47,800 nucleotides of DNA from Catajapyx aquilonaris (lineage: Eukaryota). Made by a program: the position numbers and the translations under genes. The first letter of the stretch is position 1; every line of letters begins with the position of its first letter. Below the pieces are notes generated by a model, which saw nothing but the letters and a program-made list of their open reading frames with translations, was not told the origin of the DNA and did not search any database. Shown in pieces: positions 23,301 to 34,133 of the stretch. The stretch is taken from positions 1-47,800 of the forward strand of contig KZ538781.1 in the NCBI GenBank assembly GCA_000934665.2. The letters run 5' to 3'.

Positions 23301-26300
23301 TTGATGACTCCAGATCCGGTAGACATCCACAGCGTTATTCCATCACTGGAGCCGTTGAATGTTGCATGTAAGAAACTTGGCGATGGACAATGTGGGAGCT
23401 TGCTTTCAAGTGTGGGACAAGGCAGAGCACTACAGTGCTTAGGACTCGGAAGGACATGGGACTCAGGAAGTTGGCATCAAAATGGATTCCTCACCATCTC
23501 GCGGTGATGCAAAAGTAGCACCATTTTGCCCTTGCTGAGAACCATTTGGAATGCTATTCCAGTGCGGTCAGTGATGGTGTGTCTTAAGCAGATTCTGGCA
23601 ATGGCTGAGAAATTGCTCCATTCATAGTGCTCTGACTTGTCCCATACTTGAAAGCAAGCTCCCATTTTGTCCATTGCTGAGTTTCCTGCATGCAACGTTC
23701 CACAGCTCCAGAGCTGGAATGATGCTGTGGATGTCTACCAAATCTGGAGTGGTCGAAAAGCCGTTCCTCTCTCCTTCAGCTGAAAACATTAGCCCAGTGT
23801 GGAGGGTGTGCAATGGTAGAGCATTGCTGACACGTAGAGCTCTCACCAACTGCGTGTGGATGGCCCTGGTACAATTGCCGAGAATAACTGAGACTTGGAT
23901 GAATTAATACTGCTCCAAGCATGTCATGCTCAGGCCAACTGAGGGAGGTGGGGGGGTGGGGGGTCATGGTCCTCTTTTGTTTATTGGCCCCCCCTTGCAA
24001 TCTGTGTCATCTATATACCAGGCCAAGTAATTGTAATCGCCAGAGCTTCTAAACTTAGTAAAGGTCACCTCTGTACATGTTACTCTTTTAGAATGAAAAA
24101 TACATGCAATGACTTAATCCTCCTGATATCACATGTGCATTAAGCTGCCTTTACATACAAGAGATTGGATCAGCGATGTTATTGCTGCAACATTTCTTAT
24201 CAATTCTCTCGCATGTAAACTCGACTTTATAGACTAGCCCATCAGGGGGACAAAAATCACTGAGTTCTATGATCAAATGTTGTGATTGACATTATGAGTT
24301 TTATGACAATCTGAGCTTTGTGCTGCTAAACATGCAAATAACGAAGATCTGATAATGTAATTAAATGTAATTTGACTGTCTTCAAACTATTAATGAGCAA
24401 AAAAAACAACAACAACAGCACACACATGGTTGTAAAATGTCATCTTCAAAAAAGGTGTGCAGTGTTATTTTTGTTAAGAATTAGTTCTGTACAATGCCCA
24501 ACACATGCGAGATGTTTAATTAAAACTTTCTGCCCAGTGTCCGCACTGCACTTATGCAAGTCCAGACACCTTCAAGCTGAAGCGTCACCTGCGGATTCAC
24601 ACTGGGGAGAAGCCTTATGAGTGTGACATTTGTCATGCACGCTTCACTCAGTCCAACAGTTTGAAGGCACATAAGCTGATTCACACAGGCAACAAGCCTG
24701 TGTACCAATGTGAACTGTGCCCAACTACCTGCGGTCGCAAGACAGACCTTCGGATTCACGTTCAAAAATTGCACACGTCTGACAAGCCACTCAAGTGCAA
24801 GAGATGTGGCAAATCCTTTCCGGATAGATACACTTACAAGGTACGGATAATGGCTGTCCTGGGCATCTAGGCTTGCGTTTATTGTTTGGAATTTACCTAC
24901 CTTTAGGTGTACATTGGTACTGAAACTGTAATTTGTTCTGTTTCAGTTGCATAACAAGACTCATGAGGGTGAGAAGTGCTTCAAGTGTGACCTGTGCCCA
25001 TATGCATCCATTTCACAACGGCATTTGGAGTCCCACATGCTGATCCACACAGATCAAAAGCCATATCAGTGTGATCAGTGCGATCAGGTAACATGTTCCA
25101 TACCAATTGAGCAATCGTGGAAATGTGGAAAGGCAAAATCCGCTTCTCATAAGGTACTCTCTTTACATTTTGGGGAGGATTACTAATTAATGTTTAAAGA
25201 CCAGAGATGGGCATAATTCATTTTGAAATGACTTAATTCCATTCAGTTCCACCGAGAATTTGGCAGGTTGCGGCCCATTCAATTCAACTCGCCGTTCACT
25301 ACCATTCGCTCCTTGTTAATTCCATTCCATTAAATTGAATTCGTTACTGTTCAATTCAATTCACCATACAGTTCAATTGGGCTTTAAATTCTATTGGTTA
25401 TTAATATTTCCATTCGTCAATTTCATTCCATTAAACATTTACTTTCCATTTTTCTGAGATCTGTTGATTATCCCTGTGCAACCAATAACAGTTTTCTAGT
25501 TTCAGTGTTGAACATATTGATATTGATATTTATTCCCAGCGACAGGAAATATAGTGTTGAACATATATATTCCATACGTTGAATATTCTTAGTACCTTAT
25601 ACAGTCGATTCTTGAGCAGTTTGGACGAGTTATTTCCGTCATCCTTGAATAGTGTTCAAACAAACTAAATAAAATTAGAGTTTTTCATTGTCGCAATTAA
25701 TTTGCACAGTAGTGTAACTGCTGCAGTCGCCAACTCGGGAATAATTGGGCACCTGTATCGGGTGTAACAAGCTACACAAAAATACCCACTTTGAGTAATA
25801 CGGTCGAATCCCTCTATAACGAAAGAAAATTTGTGACTGTCCGAGGCCCCATATAAACCCATGTTAAAAATATCTGCTTTTAACGAAAGGATTTTCGGTT
25901 TCGGTTCTCATATAATGATCGCTCCTCCAGTCCCACCTCTCGGCCGAAAAAGGGCGGAAGTAGGCAAATTGGGCCATAAATCACCTTCTGTGTGTTAGGG
26001 ATTCAACCTTTTTTCACACATGCAGTACAAAAGTTGATAATTTGGGGTCCTAATAGAAGGGAAAGGATTCTCTGGGAGGGGGGGNNNNNNNNNNNNNNNN
26101 NNNNGGGGGGGGGGGCTGTCGCGCAGTGACTCAGCGCTGCCCACTGGATTTATTGCTAGCCCGTGGCCCCCCCAGGGAAGGAGGCAGGTGGTTAAAACCT
26201 GGGAAAATTCATCGGAAATTTGAGCAGCAAAACGAATCACATTTGGAACGGAATTCCCAGACGCTGACTTATCATATGTGCCTAAAAGGTGGGATGAGGG

Positions 26301-26513
26301 CGCGAGTGGAAAAGGAGAGGGGCCTGGCCTGCATCTGGTGCAGTCCTCCGGTGTTTTCTGTAGCTTATTGTTGTCGCGTTTGTACAGTGCTTTGTGAGAT
26401 AATCTAATTTAGCGCGGAAGAATTTTTAAACTATTCCCGCTACCAGGGCTTAATATAATGCCTAAATATCAGAAAAAAGTGAGGTTTAAACGCGTTTTTT
26501 ATATAACGAATTT

Positions 26514-26553
<40 letters not shown>

Positions 26554-29500
26554 TGAGGATAAGGTGATGTCTGAGGTGGGCAGGGGTGGGGGGTGGGACA
26601 GGTTGTTTTTAGGTTTATTCTCATGAGTTTTATTAGTTCATATGTTGGGTTAGCTTGCGTCTCCCTTCATCGCTGACTACCCCTCATAGGGAAATGTCGT
26701 GATGTTGTTGTTGTTGCATATAGCGAAAGAAAATTTGGTTCCCTTCAATTTCGTTATAGAGGGATTCGACTGTATTAGCAATAACTAAATATGACCCTGA
26801 TACTGGGAACACCCTGTACAGGGTGATTCTAAAGTCTGGACACATAGGTAGTAGTATTGTATTGTTGGTTGCCAGGATAACAATTGAGGCGCTCAGAGGA
26901 AAACCTGCATTTCCCAACAGGAGTTCATTTTAAGATAAGCTGCTTTTTGTGTTGCAAGAAAATAGTATTTTCCATTGCCGACCAATTTTACAAGTGGAAT
27001 AGGTGAGCTTTGGCATATTCCAATTCATTTGGCACTTCAGCACATGAAAGGTAGATGGCAGGAGAGTACAAAAGCACTACAATCTCAAAATCGGATGTCG
27101 GTTGGGATATGCCATTTTTCCTCTGAGCGCCTCAATTGTCAATCAAAAATACAACACAGTTACATACTGTATGTGTTCAGACCTTATGGTCACCCTGTAC
27201 ATTATGATTTATTTGTATATTTGAGACTATGTCATATCTAAGCTACAGTGAGTTGTTCATTAGACCTATCATTAATGTTGATTAACTGTTGCAGTCATTA
27301 TGTAATGATAAACTTTGGCCCATTTTCTGTTACCTGTAGGCTGAGTTGCACAACTGAAGATTTTACTGTAGAAGATTTTTCACTTATTCATCATTGCTAT
27401 CAAATCCATAAGCCAATAAAATCAACTCTGCTCAATCCCAATTGGGAACAATTTGTAAGTAGATTTATTTCCAAAACGTAATCAAGCCAGAGCTTAATTC
27501 AAGCCAATTCTGCAGGTCAAGGGAATTTATTGCAAGCAATTCAATTTCATTCGTCAATTTGGAATTAATTCCGAATTAATTCAGGTGCGAATTGAATTGT
27601 GACCATCACTGTTAAAGACCTCGGGAATATATCATGCACTGAGCCTAACATTTAACAAAGGGCATTTTTTAAAGTCTTTCAGGCAGAAGCAGCTTCTCAA
27701 GAGGCATCAGAATTTATACCACAACCCGAATTACATCCCCCCACTACCCAAGGAGAAGACTCATGAGTGTCCAGAATGTGGGAGGAGCTTTCGGCACAAG
27801 GGGAACTTGATACGTCATATGGCCATCCACGACCCTGACTCAGCAACCCAGGAGAAAGCCTTAGCACTTAAACTCGGTCGCCAAAAGAAAATCCAGATCA
27901 TTGATGGCCAGCAAGTTGAGGTAATGGCTGGTGAGGAAGAAGAGGAAGAGGACGAGCCAGACAGTGAGATGGTGGCCATGGAGAGTCAAGACGGTCAACA
28001 ATATGTTGTTCTTGAAGTCATCCAGCTGCAGGTAAATTAAAATACCTGGTTACAAAGTCTTCTTCAGGCTAGGGTTAGAAAATGCAGCCAATAATATGCC
28101 AAAATTTAGAAGCCATTAGGACAGTGGTTTCCAACCAGGGGGTCGTGAGCCTTTGTTCAATTTATTTTTTGCAATTTCTGAGTAAATTGAACAATTTTTG
28201 CGGCCGTACATTCATAAACATTTTTCTATTGCAGTGTAATCCTATGATTATTGTAGACTAAGAGGGGTAACAATGAATGTGCAGAAACTTGTTCAAGTAA
28301 ACAAAATTGTGGTGTGAGAGCACATTTTCTCAATCTTTCAATGAAATCTCACATAAATACAAATGTCCCTTTCACCCATTGAGGAAATGCCACATTTTCT
28401 CCAGCACACATCACAGTATTTCAACTTACCACATTTTGAATTAACTTACTGTATTTATGTGACTTGGCAAGAACTGCCCTGCAAAATGTCATGACTTGCA
28501 CCAAGGGCCTCAGGCATATTTGGAACAATCCTGTGAGGGAACCGCCCAAGAAAATACGGATGATCCAAGTACAAAAATTATAACATCTTGGCAGTAGTCA
28601 CTGAACCAATAGGGTACATGTAAAGGGATCAGTAGACAGTATTACAAACAGCCATGAAGAAAATGCACATATTTTAATCTAACATTTGAGTTCGTGTGAT
28701 GTGTGCACATGGTGCACCCTAAAAATGCAAGATTTTCTGGGAATCGTTATTTTTGAAAGTCACATTCTGAAATTTCCTCTTTTCCTGGTTTTTAACTTGT
28801 GTTCATACAACCGGCCTTAAGTATTAATTTCGTGATGCTTGTAAGTGTGAATCCCACTCTATCCTCTCTCCATATGCCCTAGGTTTTAAGGTGCACAAAT
28901 TTTACATAACAAAGTATTGGTTGGGGAAGGAGTAAAACTGTCCTTTCTTGTGGGGAATGATGCATTTGAATAATATTTCACTTCTCTTCTGACTCTTACG
29001 CATTTTCTTTCACATTGAAACGTATAACACTATGTTGCAGGATGGTGATGGGCAGGAACAAGCAGTTGCTGTCGTTACAAATAGTGATGGAGCTAGTACT
29101 GATGCAGTTGAACAGGCAGTAGCTGCTCTGCATCAGGATGAAGCAGAGGATGCTATGTTGGGTGAGCCACAGCATATTACTCCTGATCAAGGTATGCATC
29201 CTTAACTCTCCTTTTATGACAGTAGTTGATAGCAATAGGCTTCATTTGTTACAGATTTGACAGATGATGAGACTACGATTACTGTCCGTGGTCCCAAAGC
29301 TAGGATCTTGACCCAGAAGACTTCAGTTGCTATCCAGAAGCGGCTAGAGACGCAGAAGGATATGCAAAACTGCTTTGGATTTGACGTGAGTGTTTACCCC
29401 TTCAATCGAAAATTAGTTCAACTTTGCTGATCAAGATTTAAGTTTGCTGATAACTAGGGCCACTACATGGAACACATACATTCTATTATACTTCTATCCA

Positions 29501-32500
29501 TAACTTGTATCAAAATGTGAAGCTGGTGCCTGCCATTTCAATTGCTCCACAATATAGGCATTGGTCCTTTGGAATGCAAATAATTTATTTGATGCTTTTG
29601 CAAATTGGGCAATTTCATGGTAGGGAAGCAAAGTTGTGATTTAGTTACACAGTAATTCACTGGTTGATGTGTAGAAGACTTGCTGAAATAGAAGGCATGC
29701 AAATTTTTTTTGACAGCAGGCTTCTTTAAGTGGGGTTCAGATTGGTTCCCATTACTTCAGGAACATGTTGCTAGGTGCCTCAACTTATGATCATGCAATG
29801 TGGTCACCTTTTACTTCATCGCAGGTGCCAGATTTCTTTTAGAGCAAGGAGTATAGAGTTTGAGTTCATCTTGTCTCTCCAAAATCTTTATTAATTGAGG
29901 GGCTCTGTGCAACATAGTCCTATGCCACATCTGGTTCATTTCGAGGTAATGAAGGATGTAGATTTTGATTTCTGCAGCTAGACAGCAGATCCGATAAGAC
30001 TACTTCCCGTATACCCACACCATCTGTTGATGGACCCGGACAATTTTAACTCAGATGCTGTAGCATGTCTTTGGGGATCTATATATGGCCTTAACTCATT
30101 TCGTCAGAAAATGTGGCATAGGACTATGTTGCACAGAGCCCCTCAATTAACAACTGTAAGAGTAACCCTTACCTTTGAGTGGTCAGTGTCAGTTTGTGTT
30201 ACATCCTTGGCAAGGCTGAGTTTTTCCTGGTAGCTGAAACTTTTGGATTGGCCCAGGTTTTGGCACCCTAGATAACATATTTCCAAATGGATAAGTTACT
30301 TATAAGTAGAGTCTGGATTTTTAGGCGCGAAAAACTCCTGAAATAGGCACGAAAAAACCCTCAAACAGGGCCAAATGTGACAGAAAACCAAGAGAGACAC
30401 CAATTTTTTAGGCCTAAAGTATAAATATAAGGTCACAAACCAGAGCAAAAACTGAATACTGTATTGCCTCTTATAAAACATCATGCCAGTATAAAACGAG
30501 GTCGACCAGCCTGCCGGTATAACCCGGGGGTGGCTGGCATGCCGCAATAACCGAGTTCGATTTCCGTAATTTTGATCCTTGCCAAATTTTTTGGAATGTT
30601 TTTAGTACTGTACTAAATAATGTTACAATGAAAATGGGCGAATGTACAGGCTGTGAAAATATGCCAGTTCGGTTGCACAGTGCATATTTTAAAAATGTAG
30701 ACTGTGTGACCATCAATCCCATCATCAGCCTGCTTTGACAGGGCAACCCCCTGCTCCAACACACTGTTTAAATAGAGATTATTGCCAGACACTGCAATTG
30801 AAAAGAATATATGGAACGCAGGTGCCCTATACGGAAAATGTGCCTTTTCGATAGCCTTTACATGAATTCCGATTTTCAGGCAAATGTCAAGTTCTGAAAG
30901 AATAATGTAACCTATGTGAAAACCTCGCATTATACCGGCACACCTCGCCTTATACCAGCATGCCGGTATAGTCACCAGATCACGCATTTCTAAAAACTGG
31001 TCAACCTCGGCTACACTGGCATGCCGCTTATGAGAGGTAATACGGTAACAACGATAAAATGACAGAAAATCACAAAACTTGGGCAAAACACACCAAGTGT
31101 AAGCAAGTGTCACTTGCTCTGGACTCGACCACTTATAGCCCGTTTCCACTTGCACAGTGTGTTAGAAAATATTTTTCTATATTTTCATTATTGAAACTAA
31201 TTGAAGACCTCAGGAGAAAAAAACGATCAAGGTCCACCTCAGGTGAAACTGAGATAATCCTATTTTAAATTTCCTAGGCCCATAAGGCTGTATTGTAAAT
31301 CCCATTTTCAGGGCCTTCCATAGTGACCTATGATTATTACTCCACAACCATGACCAAACCATCATCTTCTACAATAGGGAAAGTATCTTCTGAGATATAT
31401 GTGACTCATTTTTGACAAAAAGTGGACCTTGATTGTTCTTCCCCCAAGGTCTTCAATTACTTCTGAACGATTTTGGTCCTTTCAGGAGCACAAATAATAC
31501 TCTGCAAAAAAACGAACATGCCTATGAAGGAATAGGTCCAGAATAGGCCCAAGAAGTCCCGAATTTGCTTCAAAAAGACCAAAACCTATCCCAAAAAAGG
31601 CCAAATTGGCATGAATAGACGAACAAAGCCAGAAAATCCAAAATAGTTCCCAAAACCATGAAATAGGGAATTTTAGCCACTATAAAGCCTGTTTCACAAA
31701 AAAAGACGCGGCGTTCCGTCGCCGCGTTTCAACGCCAGCTGTGAAACGCCAAGGCAATAGGCGGTGGATCGCCACAGAGGAAAACGCTGCTGCAATCCAC
31801 AAAAACAATCTGTCGTTCGGCGCAAGTGCAGAGCCATCTCGGAAAGATAACGAAACTAGCCACTATAGCCACCACTAGTCAGTAGGAGACCAAGGTGGCA
31901 CAAGGGGACAATACGGGGCACAGGCGGGCGGGACGAGAGCTGCGGAGAGAGGATACGGGGTGGACGGTGTGGCAGGGGTGCGGGCGGGGCAAAGCACGGG
32001 GCAAAGGACGGCCACGGGGCCAAGGACGGGCATGCGGGCGGACATACAGGATGGACGGTGAGGAAAGAGGGGAAAATAAATATGTCTGCCTCGACCAGAA
32101 AGTCGGGTTGGGGTCTTGGGGAGGGAGGGAGGGAGGGAAGTCACATGACTTCATGGTCCCTCTTCCCATTGGCAGTCGCCGGGCGTCAAAACGCAGATAT
32201 TCAGGCCAGCAGTATCCTGCGTTGGAGCTGTTTGCCGCGGCGACAGACAGAATCGCGCATCAAAATTTTATGTGAATTGGCTTGACGCGCGCGTCGTACA
32301 GCCTGGGCGGTGAAACACCGCGTCTTTTTTTTGTGAAACAGGCTTAAAACCTACATTTTCCACATCCTGCACTTATGAAATGGATAGATCTCTTCGCGAA
32401 ACCATCCCAACTGTAATGGAACTAAATATGTATTTGCCTAAAAATCCGGACTTTGCTTATAAGTATGATAGTTGTAAATAAAGTTGTGGCAACATGTGTA

Positions 32501-33220
32501 CAAAATGTAAACCAGATTACTTAACCATGTCTGCACAATTACATTCCTTTGGTGTGATGTGCCATTTTTTGCACCATTTTCCACACTTGTGGGAGCCACT
32601 GGATTCTGTCATCAGTGTTTCTTGTTTATATCAGCAAAAATTTGGTCTTTTGCTTGAAGATCTTCTCACACATCACCAAACTGCATGAAAAGAGTTGACA
32701 GTCCAGTATGGAAGTGACTATCACTAGACTTCCCAAAGGTCACAATAAATGCCACTTGCAGTTTTACCTTGTACAACCTGGATTTTGATCCAGGAACTTG
32801 TACCAATTTGTGAAAATAGTTGAGACCATTGCACACTGAGACGTAGATGACCTCACCATACAAGGTCACTAGTTAGAATGGGCTGTGTGAACGTCTGAGC
32901 ATGCATAATGGATACAACCAGCTTCTCTTCCTCTCAACAGTAACTTTTGAGTTACCAAATTCTGCATTTCTTGACAGTGTTGCTGCTGATTTATTTACAA
33001 CCTTTGTATATGGCAAATGCAGTCACCATGTCATTATATGTCCTGCATTCACTACCAATGTTGAAACTTTGAGTGTTACCTGAGAGAAAATTAATTCTCT
33101 CCCTGAAATTATTGTGCTTATCAGGAAGAAGAAGAGGACGATGGTGATGACATGCATGAATCCCACAGTGAAGCAGCAGCCAAGACAGCCATCCAGCTTC
33201 TTGAAGCAATTGATCAGTAA
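20256..33220 (+). CDS. CTCF: CCCTC-binding factor (CTCF), 11 C2H2 zinc fingers, about 722 aa; join(20256-20361,20423-20548,20611-20741,20896-21099,21178-21463,22479-22615,24538-24840,24947-25087,27675-28031,29041-29191,29255-29385,33125-33220)
   Basis: Manual splicing gives 2169 nt with consistent phases and no internal stop. There are eleven tandem fingers with CTCF-diagnostic sequences ([56 protein letters not shown]). VYDFDE lies upstream of ZF1. Confidence 0.95.
20423..20548 (+). CDS. CTCF: CTCF coding exon 2 ([15 protein letters not shown])
   Basis: ttttgcag| acceptor and CAG|gtactc donor; phase 1-1; open frame. Confidence 0.85.
20611..20741 (+). CDS. CTCF: CTCF coding exon 3 (acidic; probable GC donor)
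   Basis: ccacag| acceptor. An in-frame TAG at 20759-20761 forces an earlier donor, and CAG|gcaagg is in phase 0 with the next exon. Confidence 0.75.
20896..21099 (+). CDS. CTCF: CTCF coding exon 4 (contains VYDFDE)
   Basis: ttttttcacag| acceptor and CTG|gtaagt donor; lies within ORF 20881..21501. Confidence 0.9.
21178..21463 (+). CDS. CTCF: CTCF coding exon 5 (ZF1, ZF2, start of ZF3)
   Basis: aatacag| acceptor and CAG|gtgtgt donor; C2H2 fingers. Confidence 0.95.
21512..22107 (+). mobile_element. pogo/Tigger-type deletion derivative in a CTCF intron
   Basis: TA|CAGGTCAAATCTC...GAGATTTTACCTG|TA; remnant TIVKCWCKC...[17 protein letters not shown] resembles a Tigger C-terminus. Confidence 0.8.
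22479..22615 (+). CDS. CTCF: CTCF coding exon 6 (end of ZF3, ZF4)
   Basis: tttttag| [46 protein letters not shown] |gtgagt; not in the ORF track. Confidence 0.95.
23010..23905. mobile_element. Inverted pair of decayed mariner transposase 5' halves
   Basis: The + arm has [14 protein letters not shown] and [11 protein letters not shown] (WVPHEL-like); 23620-23905 is its inverted homologue. Termini not resolved. Confidence 0.7.
23077..23238. mobile_element. Tc1-type palindromic MITE nested in the mariner remnant
   Basis: TA|CAGTG...CACTG|TA; about 65-bp arms. Confidence 0.8.
24538..24840 (+). CDS. CTCF: CTCF coding exon 7 (ZF5-ZF7, most of ZF8)
   Basis: gcccag| [17 protein letters not shown]...FPDRYTYK |gtacgg; 303 nt. 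Confidence 0.95.
24947..25087 (+). CDS. CTCF: CTCF coding exon 8 (end of ZF8, ZF9, start of ZF10)
   Basis: tttcag| [17 protein letters not shown]...YQCDQCDQ |gtaaca. Confidence 0.95.
25801..26772. mobile_element. pogo/Tigger-type MITE nested in the hAT element
   Basis: TA|CGGTCGAATCCCTCTATAACGAA...TTCGTTATAGAGGGATTCGACTG|TA; contains an N gap at 26085-26103. Confidence 0.85.
26551..26716 (+). mobile_element. 3' end of the same RTE LINE family, next to (TA)n at 26517-26550
   Basis: Reverse complement of about 2280-2435, with a (TTG)n tail. Confidence 0.85.
26819..27197. mobile_element. Tc1/mariner-type long-arm MITE
   Basis: TA|CAGGGTGA...TCACCCTG|TA; partial copy at about 33905-33960. Confidence 0.75.
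27675..28031 (+). CDS. CTCF: CTCF coding exon 9 (end of ZF10, ZF11, start of C-terminal region)
   Basis: ttttttaaag| [16 protein letters not shown]...[23 protein letters not shown]...EVIQLQ |gtaaat. Confidence 0.92.
29041..29191 (+). CDS. CTCF: CTCF coding exon 10
   Basis: tgttgcag| [12 protein letters not shown]...TPDQ |gtatgc; phase 0-1. Confidence 0.85.
29255..29385 (+). CDS. CTCF: CTCF coding exon 11 (ends DMQNCFGFD)
   Basis: gttacag| acceptor after a 63-nt intron; GAC|gtgagt donor; phase 1-0. Confidence 0.85.
29897..30144. mobile_element. Sola-like MITE (GAG...CTC termini)
   Basis: Perfect TIR of about 33 bp (GAGGGGCTCTGTGCAACATAGTCCTATGCCACAT); AATT on both flanks. Confidence 0.8.
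30459..31045. mobile_element. pogo-type MITE
   Basis: TA|CTGTATTGCCTCTTATAA...TTATGAGAGGTAATACGG|TA; repeated gccggtata motifs. Confidence 0.75.
31203..31454. mobile_element. Sola-like MITE copy 2
   Basis: Same TIRs as copy 1; TSD AATT. Confidence 0.85.
31686..32344. mobile_element. PIF/Harbinger-like MITE, GC-rich
   Basis: TAA|AGCCTGTTTCACAAAAAAAGACGCGG...CCGCGTCTTTTTTTTGTGAAACAGGCT|TAA. Confidence 0.85.
33125..33220 (+). CDS. CTCF: CTCF terminal coding exon (EEEEDDGDD...IQLLEAIDQ*)
   Basis: gcttatcag| acceptor in phase 0; acidic tail; TAA at 33218-33220. Confidence 0.75.
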   Translation, partial: EEEEDDGDDMHESHSEAAAKTAIQLLEAIDQ

Positions 33221-33880
33221 TGAAATACTTTGAAGTGAAATTGGACTGAAGTGAGGAGACAGCAGAAAGCCTTCAGACCATTTCAAAAGTTGACCTACAG
33301 TTACCTGATCCGTGAAGTGATCGTCAGAGTGAAGTTTGGCAGTCAGTGGGGTACAGCTTCCTGGTGTTTGTTCATTAAGGTGGTTGCGTATGTACAAGAT
33401 AGATGATCCAAGTAGTAACCTCATTTACATTTTTGATTAGCATGTTATTACGATTAAGTCCTTTTTTGTGAAGCCATGTTTAGGTTTACAAGTACCTTTT
33501 CAATACCATTTGCAAGTAGGAATTTTAAAAGCTATACAAAACACATGTTTTATGTGTATGTAATTCAAGAAGGAATGCTGCCAGAAAGTTGATCCTGATT
33601 TTTTATTGACCACTCTTATTCCATGGGCAATATCCATGCAAGAGAAACCTGTCCTCTGAATGAAATTCAAATGAACCTTGGTTTGGGATGTTATGAGGGG
33701 CTTAAAGGGATCCACTAAAACAGGCTTTCAGTGTGTCGTTACTAGCAGATAGGGATGCACATGTTCTCCAAGTCCTTGTCTTTAGTTGATCTGGATGGCT
33801 GTGGTAGTTAGAGTTGCAGCAGACAAGAGAATCACTAGCTGTGGTTACAAGTATTGAGGGACTCCATGAGACAGTGGAAA

Positions 33881-33886
33881 AATAAA
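33881..33886 (+). terminator. Candidate CTCF polyadenylation signal AATAAA
   Basis: AATAAA about 660 nt after the stop, followed by a T-rich stretch. Confidence 0.35.
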
Positions 33887-33982
33887 CATTCAGTATTTTT
33901 TTATGCAGGGTGACCGTGAAGTCTGGACACATAGGTAATTGAATTGTATTGTTGGTTGTCAGTTGTGCCAACTGGCGGGTTG

Positions 33983-34133
33983 TTGACAGTCAGTAAAAGT
34001 TGAGTTCTTGGAGGATAAAGCATGTTCTAATTAGTCATATGACTGTATATTATAGGCTTTTAAGGGCCTGGCTAATAAGAACTGATAAGAACATGCTTTA
34101 TCCTCCAAGAACGCAACCTTTACTGACTGTCAA
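33983..34133. repeat. Inverted repeat with about 45-bp arms, probable MITE
   Basis: ttgacagtcagtaaa...ggataaagcatgttct is mirrored at 34088-34133. Confidence 0.75.

Larger units (their letters stand above)
25202..27611. mobile_element. hAT element with nested insertions, filling the ZF10 intron
   Basis: TIR CAGAGATGGGCA / TGACCATCACTG, perfect 8-bp TSD TTAAAGAC and AATTC subterminal repeats. Confidence 0.85.
30307..32455. mobile_element. hAT-like element with three nested MITEs
   Basis: TIR TAGAGTCTGGATTTTTAGGC / GCCTAAAAATCCGGACTTTG; 8-bp CTTATAAG on both flanks. Confidence 0.75.

Noticed and set aside
26085..26103. Unusual G/N tract
   Set aside because: Assembly ambiguity in a poly-G run, not biology.
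31875..32285. Overlapping GC-rich ORFs on both strands
   Set aside because: Low-complexity interior of the Harbinger-like MITE; open frames are expected at this GC content.
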